From positions 14,384,001 to 14,448,000 of the forward strand of contig JAQFVV010000006.1 in the NCBI GenBank assembly GCA_028023455.1: a DNA stretch of 64,000 nt, in the 5' to 3' direction. The first letter of the stretch is position 1. Every line of letters begins with the position of its first letter. The stretch comes from Epiperipatus broadwayi. Lineage: Eukaryota; Animalia; Onychophora. The notes under the pieces are model-generated. The model had not been told where the DNA came from, made no database searches, and saw only the letters and a program-made list of their open reading frames with translations. The position numbers were made by a program, and so were the translations under genes. Positions 13,547-26,049 of the stretch are shown one piece after another.

Positions 13547-16140
13547 TCATCATCATCAACCATTATCAATCCACTGCAGGATGAAGGTCTCTCCAAGTTT
13601 AATCCATCTTCTCCGATCTTTAGCTTCTCTTTTCCACAACACCCCTGCACATTTTCTTATTTCATCCATCCATCTCACATGTGGTCTCTTTCTGGGTCTT
13701 TTACAATCTCTTGGAATCCAGTTTAAAATTTCAATTGTCCATCTATTATCATTTCTTCTAGCAATATGTCCAGCCCAACTCCATTTCAATCTTTTAATTT
13801 TTTCAATAAGGTCAGTAACACCTGTTTGTTGTCTTACCCATACATTGCGTTTTCGATCTCTTCTTGTTACTCCCAACATACATCTCTCCATACTCCTTTG
13901 AGTGGTCTGAAGTCTCTGTATTGCTCTTCTATTAAGTGTCCAAGTCTCAGATCCATAAGTAAGAACTGGTAAAACACATTTGTTAAAAACCATTCTTTTC
14001 AAACACATAGGCATATTTCCTTTTAGTATCAAGTTATTTCTACCAAAAGCACTCCAACCAAGTTTAATTCTATGATTAATTTCCTCCATTATGTTTCCAT
14101 CTGTATTAATAATCTGACCTAGGTATTTGTAACTGTTAACTTCTTCTAATTCTTCATAATCAATCTTTATTTTCATATTTTGAGCAAATCGATTAAACAT
14201 TACTTTAGTCTTTTTAACATTTATCTTTAGTCCTACTTTTCTACTTTCATCTGCTAACTCCTGCAACATTTCCTGCAGCTCTGAAGCATTATTTGCAAAA
14301 ACAACTACATCATCTGCAAAATCTAAATGACTTAAATACTCTCCATTTACTTTCATTCCTTTAGTTTCCCATTTTAATCCACAAAATACTTTTTGCAGCA
14401 CTGCTGTAAAAAGTTTTGGAGATATGGAGTCACCTTGCCTTACACCTTTCTCAATGTTGATTTTTCCAGTATCATTATGTAATCTAATTGTTGCTGTTGC
14501 ATTTTTATAAATATTCTTTAAAATATGACAATATCCTGGATCTATACCTTGATGATCCAATGCTTTAATCACTGAAGAAATGTGTATAGAATCGAATGCC
14601 TTTTCATAATCTACAAATCCAAAACATAATGACAACTCATATTCATTTGTCCTTTCTATGACTTCTCTCAATACCTGGATATGATCTATTGTACTAAAAC
14701 CACTTTTAAATCCAGCTTGTTCTCTTGGTTGGTGGAAATCCAAAGTTCTCTGTAGACAAGTTGTAATTATCTTGGTAAAAATTTTATATAAAACTGATAA
14801 AAGGCTGATAGGTCTGTAATTTCTAATATCTTCTTTATCACCTTTTTTAAATATTAATATTATTACTGCATTCTTCCAATCTTCCGGTACATCTTTATCA
14901 TTTAGACATTTGGTATATAACTTTGCTAAAATTGTTTCTATTTCTTCACCTCCTTTTAATATATCAATTATAATTCCATCATTTCCTGGAGCCTTTCCTT
15001 TCTTCATACATTTAATTGCATGTCTCACTTCTTCATTTAAAATTCTGGGCAATTCGGAAGATGTAATAGATATAGGAGGTACTTGTTCTTTATTACTATA
15101 TAATTCTTGATAAAAATCTTCTACCAATTTCATGATGTCATCTCTCTTTTTAGTAATAATTCCATCTTTTTTTCTTATTGCAGATATAAATTTCCTACCA
15201 ATACCAAAATGTTGTTTAACATTCTTGAGACTTTTATTTTTTTCTACAGCTTTCCTTGCTATTTCACAGTTATACTTTCTTATATCATTTTCAACTTTTT
15301 TCCGTACCATTTTACAAAATTCGAGATATTCAATTCTTTTTAATACATCATTTTTGTATATCTTCATATTCCTTCTTTTCTTCATAAATTCTCTAGTCTC
15401 AGTAGAAATTTTATTAGTCAATTGCTGCTTTTTTCTACCAGCTATCTTTGTTGCAGTTTTTAAAAGTGTATCAGTTATTTTCATATTAATTTCATTCAAA
15501 TCTGAATCATGTTCAAAATCTCCTAACACTTGAAACCTATTTGTAAGTTCTAATTTAAATTCATTAGAATGTTTCTGAAGATTAGGAATATCAACTGTAA
15601 ATATTGTTTTTCTCAATAATTTTTGTCTCTCTAGTTTTACATTAACACGTAACTTACACCTTACTAATCGATGATCACTCCCTGTGTTAAATTTATTAAG
15701 AACATTACAATCTTGAAATATGTATTTCCTGTTAGTCAAAATATAATCCAATTCTGCTGTACCTTCATTTGGATGCTTCCATGTCCATTTCCTTTTAACA
15801 TTTTTCTCAAAAAATGAATTCATAATATAAAGTTTTTCTTTTTCTGCAAACTCCACAAGTCTATGTCCTCTCTCATTTCTATTACCATAACCAAAATTAC
15901 TACAGCAATTTCATCTTTCATTTGTCTACCAATTCTAGCATTAAAGTCTCCCATAACAATTTTAAAATGTTGTTTACTCTGATCAAAAGCCTTTTGTACA
16001 TCCATATAAAAATCTTCTACTACTTCATCACTATGAGAACTTGTTGGGGCATAAACCTGAATTATCTGCATTTGGTATCTGCTATTAAGTTGTATAACTA
16101 ATCTTGCAACTCTGTCCGATACACCATCAATCTCCACAAT
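13547..16140 (-). mobile_element. RTE-clade non-LTR retrotransposon, 5'-truncated, nearly intact
   Basis: APE endonuclease (QVYAPT, GDFNA, ELDYIL) and RT (FVDYEKAFDS, GVRQGDSISP, FADD) domains; 766-aa open ORF; one apparent 1-bp deletion near 15900; (TGA)n tail; possible 11-bp TSD attattcacta/attgttcacta (13536-13546, 16141-16151). Confidence 0.95.
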
Positions 16141-16372
16141 ATTGTTCACTATACCCAATTTTAATTTTGGTAAGGATAATCTCAATTCTAAAGTTATAAA
16201 ACTTGGTTTTGAATTTTATTGGTATTACTGTTTAGTAAACATTTCCACTTGTAAATAATAGTCTATCCTATTATAAGTGATAGTCTATGCTGTCTTATAA
16301 GATTTTGATTTCTCCTTACATGATTATAGGGAGATCATTTCACGTGTTGGCTTTATTGTTAGATAATGTTTG

Positions 16373-17339
16373 GGTAAAGGTTTACTATAACGGTCTATGG
16401 GTGTTGCCCTCTATTGTTTAAAATTTAAACTAAATTGCTTGAGAATCTTACGTGTATGTTATTATATTACAAATAAATTAAAATTTAATCAAATGTAAAA
16501 GATAATAATAAAAAAAAAAACCTTTTGAATGTTGGATTAATTACACGTCATTAATTAAAAGAATTACTTTTAATTTGTTTGAAAGTTAAGAATTTAAACT
16601 GTCTACAACTTAAGAATTTAAAATAACTACATTTATAGCACATATTGCAAAAAAAGAAAAAGAAGACACCCTATGTGTTCAACGGCGCGAATTACACGCA
16701 CACATGTACAGTTTTATAGTTGGAAAAAATGTCTGCTACATGCTTAGTACCTGATGGTGAAATTTTGAGTGTTGCTGCTATTCTGGTGGTATAGAGAGAG
16801 CATCAAGAAAGTGCTTCTTGACAGAAGTTGCAGACAGGACGGCTGATACACTGGAGGGCCTGATACAGCGGTTCATTTACCAGGTACGCACATTATTTCA
16901 GATGGCTGGGCTGCGTACAATAACATCAGCAGTCTCAACAATGGTGTGTATATGCATTCGGTTGTCGTCCATCAGGACAACTTCGTGCATCCCGAAGACC
17001 AAGACATACACACCCAGAATATTGAAAACATGTGGATGAGAGCAAAGCGTAAGCTGAAATTCCAATCTGGCACTAGCAGAGCTTTGTTTTCATCGTACCT
17101 GCATGAATTTGCCCTTCGGAGTAGATACAGCAATACCGCTTTTTTCTCCAACTTCCTAGTGTGTATAGGACATAATTATGTTTAAAAAGGTAAATGTTTT
17201 TATTATTATCTTTTACATTTGATTAAATTGTAATTTATTTGTAATATAATAACATACACGTAATCTTCTCAAACAATTTAGTTTAAATTTTAAACAATAG
17301 AGGGCAAACACCCATAGACCGTTATAGTAAACTTTTACC
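16373..17339 (+). mobile_element. Merlin (IS1016/ISXO2-like) DNA transposon, internally deleted
   Basis: About 150-bp TIRs starting GGTAAA; 8-bp TSD aatgtttg/aaggtttg; transposase remnants GGIERASRKCFL, IISDGWAAY, HTQNIENMW, SYLHEF with a frameshift. Confidence 0.9.
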
Positions 17340-18359
17340 AAGGTTTGTGTGGTGTAGTAGATGAGTGTTAATTTTTTAGAATTGTATTGTAGTAGCAGTT
17401 CATAATCAATATAGTCATTTATTTCATCGGGTTAAGATGTGTTCATCACATCCAATAACCTTTTTTTTTTAATTTTTAAATGGACATTGGGATAAACAGT
17501 CAAATGGGTAGAACGTTTTGGTGTAGGTAATTTTCATTAGAGATCATGGTACTCATTTTAAGAATAAAAACTATTAATGTATATTACATAAAAATTCAAA
17601 AGTCTGACTTGGAGAGAATACTATATTGATATTTTGAACTACTCAAACAATTGAGATTAATTAGAATGATTGTTTAATTGTTTTTGAATTTCAAAATGAT
17701 TATTAAAAACAAAGCCTGAAATCGTCATCAGTAATGAGAGAGAATCCAGTTGCAGATATCTCTGAAGAGTTCACTTCTCTCAAGTTTGTTGATCTAAAGA
17801 GGAAGAAATTTCTATGTAGAGCTGAGCTCATTTAATTCTCAGCAAAAAGAGTTTCTTTTTATATCTGAAACTTATACCCTGTAGTTTACGGTAATGCCTC
17901 TAGATAGACCTTCAGTATTATTGAGTATCTCTGCTTGTAATATCAAGAATCTGCCAATACATATCAATATAATATTAATGATGTTTTTGGTATATAAACA
18001 AGCTGTTTTTAAACGAATTTATATGTTAGTATTGTAAACATTGTAAAGGAATAATATTGTTTAAGACTTAAATGCAAAATTACTATAAAAGCCATATAAT
18101 GAAATGTATGAATTTTGTCAGTTTTATTGATATTAAGAATTCCTTGATTTGTCATTATTGTGTTCAAATTATTTTGATAATAGTTTTTGAACAAGTGCAT
18201 TTTTATTAGACTAGAGATTATCCAATAATGAATAATACTTTTGTAGTGTAATTTTCACTATATCACTCTCACACAAGGTAGGAACTGGTTTCTATCCACT
18301 TTTAACACCTTGTGGAGGGATATAATTATAAACATATGACCAATGACATGTGGAAAAGA

Positions 18360-18925
18360 TGTATGATCCCCAAGATTCATATTTCATGCTGAACCAGCAC
18401 TCATCAGTTGGCCCAGACCACAATCCATTGCACATATCTTTATCATTGTTCTGCGGCAAGTTTGATACATCAATTAAACTGTAGTAAAATGCATTTTTAG
18501 TTTTTGTATTTTTTTTTTACTTCTCTTATTTACTATTAATAAGTTTTAATTTTCCCTTTTTTACATTTTTACTCTAATGTCATTATTTATATTTTAAAGT
18601 AATTCTCAAAACTGAACATTTTAGTCAGTATATATATATGTTAGAGTGTTTAATTTTAAAAAATTAGATATATTAATCTTTAATTGAATTTTAAAGTTTA
18701 TATCTGTGCTAGAGATAATCTCTAGTTTAATAAATGAATAATGATGATTTATCAAAAGTGGATGGTGTCAAAGATGTGGGTTGAGTCAATTTGACTCTTG
18801 TAATTGAAAATATATTTATTTAATATAGATAAATATTCTTCATATAATAAAGATATACATGAGAGATAGTGACCGGGATCAACTGATGAGGGTTGGTTCA
18901 GTACAAAATGCATCTTGGGGGTCAT
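18360..18925. repeat. Family C hammerhead repeat, inverted pair
   Basis: 18370-18411 (-, CTGATGA..GAAA core intact) and 18879-18918 (+, G12 changed to A) are reverse-complementary over about 85 bp. Confidence 0.7.
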
Positions 18926-19232
18926 TTGTCTTTTATTGTATCTTTATATGAATTTAAAAGAATATGTGGTTTATTGAGATTATTTAATATATTTATAAAG
19001 ATATTACAAGTAGGAAAAAGAAATGTGAATAACGCCATGTGTTTGTGTGCTTAATTTTAAACAATCAGATATATTAATCTTTAATGGAGTTTTGAAGTTT
19101 ATATCTGTGCTAGAGATAATCTCTAGTTTAGTAAATGATTAATAATAGTCATTACTATATTTATCTAAAGTGGATGATGTCAAAGATGTAGGTTGAGTTA
19201 ATTTGACGCTTGTAATTCAAAATGTATTTATA
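18645..19232. repeat. Direct duplication of about 180 bp upstream of GPN3 exon 2
   Basis: About 18645-18825 and 19050-19232 share tttatatctgtgctagagataatctctagttta and gtggat..tgtcaaagatgt..gttgagt. Confidence 0.85.
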
Positions 19233-19246
19233 TATGTTTTATATAG

Positions 19247-19355
19247 TCTACATACTGCAGCACCCTTGTGAAACATGGAGAAGCAATTAAACGCACCATT
19301 AATGTAGTGAATTTAGACCCTGCAGCTGAATATTTTTCATATCAAACCTTGGCAG
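19247..19355 (+). CDS. GPN3: GPN3 exon 2 (GC donor)
   Basis: [36 protein letters not shown]; CAG/gcaagt donor, phase 1. Confidence 0.95.
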
Positions 19356-19606
19356 GCAAGTATATTATTAATCTAACTCGGAACTTGTTCTTAATTAATT
19401 ATTTGATATATTTCTACGCATTTGCTAAATAGTGTATTAAGTTATGAGTTACTTACTGTGTATTTAATAAACCTATTCATGGAAGAACCAAATCCGAATC
19501 GTAATGATATTTCACAGACAAGATTTAGTGGCATTGATATAACCAAAAGGTGAGGGTCCTTTGCAATTTTATTTACATTATTTTTTGGGGGATGTGAACT
19601 AGCACA

Positions 19607-19870
19607 GAGGCAAAACTATCCATTCAGTAGCGCCACCCAGTGCAAGCCAGGGTAATCAACGGATGCAGGAAGGTTTGTGCATAAAGTGCCTATCTAGTGC
19701 CTACTCATCCAATATTCCCAGACTAGTTTCTAGTTTATGGCTTTCATCAGTAAGGAGCCTTGGATCGGAGAGCACTGCATCCATTGATTACTCTGGCTTG
19801 CACTGAGTGGCGCTACTATATGGAGAGAAAAACAGCTTGTGTAAGCATAAAGAATGGCGATCATGTGACT
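19607..19870 (-). mobile_element. Family A fold-back copy with hammerhead and target-site duplication
   Basis: tgtgaactagcaca duplicated at 19593-19606 and 19871-19884; inverted arms flank a hammerhead at 19716-19755 (-). Confidence 0.85.
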
Positions 19871-20049
19871 TGTGAACTAGCACAATGCTTTCAGATTTCA
19901 TTGTTCTGGAAATAAGCTTTGACTGAATCAATAAAAGCAATATTTAAATCATTTCTTTGTTCCTGATACTTTTTTTTCATTTGCCTAGGAACAAAAATTA
20001 AATCTCTAGTGATTCTTGATTCCTAGATTCATCTATAACTGGAAGCAAT

Positions 20050-20200
20050 CTATTTCAACAAAATTTTTGAAAATACTTTTGCTGCATTGGATAATAATGA
20101 TATTTTACAATAATTACTACAATCTTGCATGTTCTCTTTGTTTTTAAAAATTGGAACAATAAAAGCACTCTTTACCGTCAGAAGGCACGACTTCGTGGGT
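20050..20200 (-). mobile_element. LINE reverse-transcriptase fragment
   Basis: KSAFIVPIFKNKENMQDCSNYCKISLLSNAAKVFSKILL resembles the IxPIxKKGDxxxxxNYRPISLLS motif. Confidence 0.65.
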
Positions 20201-20739
20201 CCAGATATTCCTAAATAAATTCTAATATTTTTGAAGCTAAACATCACCATATTTTAAAACTTCTCCCGGTATTTCGTCTCCTTTTATTTCTAAATTAAAT
20301 CCAAGTCAAAAAAACGTGTGAACTACTAGAGCAATTTGTTGAGCTGAAAGGTTGTCAATAGTAATAGATAGTTAGCAATATCATCACTAATAAATTTCTC
20401 TCGTCACTACATGGAAATAATCCTACTATCTTTGTTTATGTCATTAAACCTATTCACAGATCAAACAAATATGAATGTGTTACGAAGATAATTCACGCAT
20501 TAGAGTCTCAAAGAATCCTTTAAATGAACTTGAAATAATGTCCACCTTTTATTACATTAGTGCCAATCTATTTTCTCAGCTAAAAGATATAAATTTTCAT
20601 GAGTAAAGGCTATTAAATATTTGCTTGCTCATATATTTCTTGTATTTATAAAAGTTTTCATTAGTTTATGATATATCACCAAGGTAATACTATCCGATGT
20701 CCATTGATTATTTAAACTTACCCTAGATGGCTCTAGTGT

Positions 20740-21473
20740 AAGATGTAGAAGGGAAGACATACATTAGATGCAGAGATGTGGACAGCAAAGGAGGCAATTC
20801 AAGGAGAAATAGGATGGTCAAGTTTTTATATGAGAGATGCAAAAAGTAAAATGAAAATGTTTGGTAGGTTGCAGTTTATGGATAGTAAAAGAATAGCCAA
20901 AATAGTGTTTAATTGGGTTATGAGTAAAGAGCGGGTAACAAGACGGGTGAGAAAGGTAATGCGGTATGCAAAAGATTTGGATAAAGAATTTATATCAGTA
21001 TACTTGTATAAAAGGTGGGATGATTGTGTTAGGAGGATTGTTGAGTGTTATAGTGGTAAGGAATGGGATAAAAGAATAGAAGCATTAATAAAAAATAGGG
21101 AGTTGGAGAGATGGAGAACTAGTATGGAGGGTAAGAAGAGTTTAAATATATATAGAAGTAAATGGAATATTGGATGCGAGTTAATTTATGATAATAGTAA
21201 GGAAAGTAGTTTATTGTTTAAGGCTCGAACGGGATCTTTAGCAACAAGAGAATATACATGTAAATGGAAAACTATGGGTGATTTAGTGTGCAAATTGTGT
21301 AAGGAAGGTATAGAAAATATTAGGCATCTGTTGATTGAATGTAAATGCTTGAAAGCAGAAAGGGTTCAGATAATGAAGTTATGGGAGAATAGGTATGAAC
21401 AAAGTGACTATACAGAAAGTGAGTTATTGGTTTTTATGCTGGGTTTGCGAAAAGATAAGGGGGATTTAGATAT
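20740..21473 (+). mobile_element. Non-LTR retrotransposon 3' part with CCHC zinc knuckle, left piece
   Basis: 242-aa ORF with FKARTGSL and CKLCKEGIENIRHLLIEC; the reading frame resumes at 24010 (DLDI/KAIELTMIMLWKW). Confidence 0.85.
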
Positions 21474-24005
21474 TGAAACTGTAAGATTTGTATTCAAATC
21501 TTAGTTTCACCTTAGTTCTGTCATCATTCTACCTCTCGCCCTTTTAGTATGAGTTTTACATGGATTCTGACCTTGAATATCGGATTAATGCGTAATAATA
21601 TATAATATCTGTAAAGTGTTTAAATAAATAATTAAATGTTATATATGCGCACATACTCCGATAAGCTTATTTTAAAATAACGCATTGCAAGGTATTATTA
21701 AATTGCCGTGCGTAAGTTATATAAATTTAAATAATCCTATTAATTATTCTGATAGGTTTAAATAATATTTTAAATTATAAATAAAATCAATAATTATATT
21801 TTTAAAACGTAAACATATTATTATTTAGGTCAGATCCAGGTAATACTTAAATTATAAAAATAACTAATTCTCAATTAAAATAAAAATGTTTTAAAATTCC
21901 CCTGCTAATTAAAGGCAAGTCATAGCGGGAGGGGGGAAAAGATGACAGGGCTAAAAAGGTATTTTAAACATACGGAAACAAAGAAAAAAAGGTTTGTTAA
22001 AAATAACTTTTATAAATGTAAAAGGTAAAATGTAAAAGTGATCAGATTGAAATTCCAACCTGTATGACTATTACATCCGTGACCTAAAGGGATGTATGGC
22101 ACGAACCCGAGAGACAGCTGCATGGATGACGTATTGCTCGATGGATCTCCGAGATAAGGAAATAGAGAATAAAAGCCACAACTGATTATTGTTTTTTTTT
22201 TTTGGATCATGAAAAGTTAGAACCAGAAATGTTAAGCCCAATTATATTTCTCGCGATCCAGAATCTATATCAAGCAATGTGCCAAGAGTAGGCGCCGTGC
22301 TACGCTCTTCCGGACTGATGGCTATACAATAATAAAATCCCACAAAATGTAATAAACCTACAATTCTGCTGTTTCCGTTGAAAATCTTCTCCTAAATGTA
22401 ACTGCCGTTGAACCTGGAAACTCGGACTCTCCAAACAGTGTGCACACTGAAATAACTAAAGGTAACATGATACCCAAGATTAAATTTCGTTTGGAACTCT
22501 CATTGAACTCTATATCTCTAAAATATTACTTTCATTTTATTTCCACTATTATGTAATCCTGAAATTAAATCTATTTTCTGTTATAATCTTATTTATAATG
22601 AACCTAGTAAATTACTCTATCTATCATTATTCTACTTGGGTATCCAATTTTATTGTATTTGCTAAGATTATATTTCATGCCCACGTGGTTTCCGAGCTGA
22701 TATTTTTATATAATTCGCGGAAGGGTTGCCCTCTTCTGCGAGATTAATATCATAATAATAAATCATAACGGTTAATAGATTTCAGCTCGGGAATCATATA
22801 CTATTTTAATATATTTTATAAATACGAGACTTATATTATTAATTAATGTATTTGTCGATGAGCTATCATTCATGCTAGGTTAATTAAATCTTAAATATGG
22901 CCTTAATGTTAAGAAGAAAAGGGGGGGTTATGATAGTAAATTAAATGCTAGTCGTGTGGAGATTGGGGATAGATTTGTATAAATAAATGCGTTTGCATTA
23001 GAGTTTTGAACTGCGCTAGTTATTGATACATGAATTTTTATATCGCAGAAATGTAATAGAGGTATTGTCAACATGTTGCTCTCGCACTTAAGGAGCATAC
23101 AAAAATATATAATAGCACAGGAACCTTGTCACGCGGTCGGGGATGGATAGGCAAAGACCCCATACCGATACCACGCTAGTGACCACTCCTAAGGGCTCCG
23201 ACCCGACGTTTGGCCGACCCTCTTCATATTCTACTGTAATTACCTTGTCATGCGGTCAGGGATGGATAGGCAAAGATCCCATACCGATACAGCGCTCATG
23301 ACAGACCTACAGGGCTCCGATCCGACGTTTGATCAACCCACCAGCCTGTCACATTTCTTCTGCGATTATTCTTTTTTTTAAAAGCCGATTCTCTTATAGC
23401 TCGACGGTATCCATACTACCGCAGGTCGCTTTAATAATAATTATAAAGTTTATGCGGGGTCTCACTCCACTCCTCCACATATGTTAATTCTATAATAAAT
23501 TATTTATAATAAAATATTAATGATAAAGTAAATAGGATGATAGCTTTGAGAACGAATGCGCTCCTCTTTAAAATCTTGTAGTGTCTCGAAACCTTCGTTA
23601 CTTAAACGTGAGGCATGGAGTGTAATTAATATTGATATCCAGGTAGCGTAATATATTGCTAATGTAAAATTAACCACAATTAAATATAAATTATCTATAT
23701 CCATGTCTGTGTCTGCTTAATTTTAAATAATAATTAATATCTCTCATATCAATGAATAGTAGAATATAGTAGTAGTCCGTAAGGTTAAATCATTAATTAG
23801 AGTCTCTTGTTTACCTGACCACCGGACCTAGAAAATAATGCTATTGTTATGATAGATGCGTTGTCATGTAGGTTTTGTTGTGAATAAATTTACTATATTC
23901 GAATACGGTATCACAGGCCCTGAACCCACCTGTTATGCCGCTATTCGAACGTGGTGGTGGAACTTTGCAACATGTTAACAAGGCATACGTAATCTTATCA
24001 TTACA
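21474..24005. mobile_element. 2532-bp non-coding insertion with TG..CA ends and ATAT TSD (solo LTR or Ginger-like)
   Basis: ATAT at 21470-21473 and 24006-24009; removing the insert restores the LINE frame; imperfect 20-bp terminal inverted match; AATAAA about 120 bp from the right end; no long ORF. Confidence 0.75.
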
Positions 24006-24180
24006 ATATAAAGGCTATAGAGTTGACAATGATTATGTTGTGGAAATGGGATGGGCAGAATATGGGAAGACTTAGAGTGGGGAATGGAAAATAAAGTGGC
24101 TAACAGGTTTATCTGGGCATAATTGCTGAGATATTCTTGACTTCATTTAAGGAGAAGCCAAAGTACATCACATCTCATCA
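24006..24180 (+). mobile_element. Zinc-knuckle LINE, right piece (C-terminus and 3' UTR)
   Basis: Continues the 20776 ORF; highly similar to the reverse complement of 26050-26200 and to 50480-50660. Confidence 0.85.
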
Positions 24181-24272
24181 TTATTTTTGGTAATATATGA
24201 AAAAAATCATATGATGTTGTTGGCAATAATTAATTCCCAGTATACTGATATTTGTTTTGTTTTTTTTAACAG

Positions 24273-24360
24273 ATATACGAGAATTAATTGAAATTGATGA
24301 TGTAATGACAGATGACGTTCTTAATTTTGGACCAAATGGCGGATTAATTTATTGCATGAA
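24273..24360 (+). CDS. GPN3: GPN3 exon 3 (GPN loop)
   Basis: [29 protein letters not shown]; aacag acceptor, gtaaaa donor. Confidence 0.97.
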
Positions 24361-24461
24361 GTAAAAAATGATTCTTTAATCAAGAATGAAATTGATTCTT
24401 TATGTATAACAAGAAAAAACCATAAAAGACTAATGATATTATTATTTCTTTTCTTTATTAG

Positions 24462-24541
24462 ATATTTTGTTGAACAAAGCGACTGGCTGCAAGAACAGTT
24501 AGGAGAAATGGAAGATGATTACATTCTGTTTGATTGTCCAG
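24462..24541 (+). CDS. GPN3: GPN3 exon 4
   Basis: [27 protein letters not shown](G); phases 2 and 1 are consistent. Confidence 0.97.
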
Positions 24542-24739
24542 GTACAATGACTTAAATTATTGGGATGATAATGAAATATTATATTTTAGATAGTATGTAA
24601 AGTTTAACTAAGTGTAAAGCAAATGTAATTTTAAAAAGGAGAAAATATCAAATTAGAGGTATTTAACTGTTTTGTTAGAAGATTAAAGAATACAGAAAAA
24701 AAAAAGACCGGAGCTTTGAAACTTTTAACTCTGAGAAAT

Positions 24740-24970
24740 TTAAGATCTTGTGGCATGTTGATTAGCATATCAGCTTCTCATGCCTATGATCTCAGGTTTA
24801 GTTATGAACTGGGTAAAGTTTGAAAATTTTTTCAGATCTTGACCGAGCTTAGGATTCTTTTCCAGATAATTGACTTTTAGGGTGTTTGTTTATTATTGGT
24901 TATTGGTTTAAAGCTCTTGGTTAATCCAGGTCAGTGAGATGAGTATTAATCAGTAAATGGGTATTAGTGG
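24740..24970 (+). repeat. Degenerate tRNA-derived SINE-like repeat, second copy at about 34770-34930
   Basis: Both copies share atgatct..cag.tt..a.t..tg.ct.ggtaa.gtttg.aaatttttt and tcagtaaatgggtat. Confidence 0.45.
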
Positions 24971-26049
24971 GAAGGCTTTGGTTAATCCAAGTCAGCGAGA
25001 TGAATATTGATACACCAGCTATAAAATCAAAAAATACTATTATAATATGATGCGCTTGCCGTGAGGGAAGGGGGCAGACTTCTGTGGACACGATCTGAAA
25101 AAAAAAGTTAGCTTTAATATACGATTTGAGTAGACGTTTATAAATTAGTAATTATACATGTTATACAATGAATCATTTTATCTAAATATTCATTGTTAGT
25201 AATAAATTTAAACCTGTGTTTTTATTCATAGTTTTTAAAAAAAAATCGTGAATAGTATTATATTTAGCTCTTCATTTAATTTTCCGTCAACGTTGTTGAG
25301 ATTTATTTATTTAATGTATTGGTTTTTTTTTTGAGACAGCTAACTATTAAAAATATTGTAAAGCAATCTGAGATTCCAATTAGGAGATTGGTTTACTAGG
25401 GTTTTTAAAAAGTCCTTCAATTCCTCTACTGCATGGTTAGATTTGACACTCGTTTGTAATGTGATTTGTGTTGTGTGTTTCACCACAACTTTATAAGTCG
25501 GAAGTTGTTGAGTTCCTTTTTGAGGCACATAAATGCAATGACCACGGATGGACTTGTATCTGTTGTTGAGACTAGTAACTTCTAGGAAAATCAAATCCAA
25601 CTGCTTTTATTGTTGAATTTAGAAATCGAAATTTGTTTAATATATCACAATAAATCCATTTCTTACGTCCATAATTTTTTGATCACTCGAGAAGCCTATT
25701 GATAAGTCACTTTGATTTGAGACATATCTTATATGGTGAAACTGTCTCTTCTTAGTGGTAGTGATTTATTAGTAAGATTTTTTAAAATTTTTCTGCAGAT
25801 AACTTGGCTTCTAATATTTGGTGGCGAAATATAAAAGGAATGGAAGTTTCTTTAAGGGGCTAGGTAGGCTTGTTTGAGTTTTCGATAATATTTCTCGTGG
25901 TAATATTTAATTATGAATCCAGAAGTTTATAAGAATCTTAATAAAAAATTACTCCATGATGTTGCTATGCTATGCAAAAATATGACTTTTTAAAATTTAA
26001 TTACTTTCACCTCATAATCCAACTATATGATTTTCAGTTGCAAATTCTT

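Noticed and set aside
13524-15533. + strand ORFs 13524-13901, 13766-13972, 14910-15110, 15107-15343 and 15132-15533
   Set aside because: Antisense shadows of the RTE ORF.
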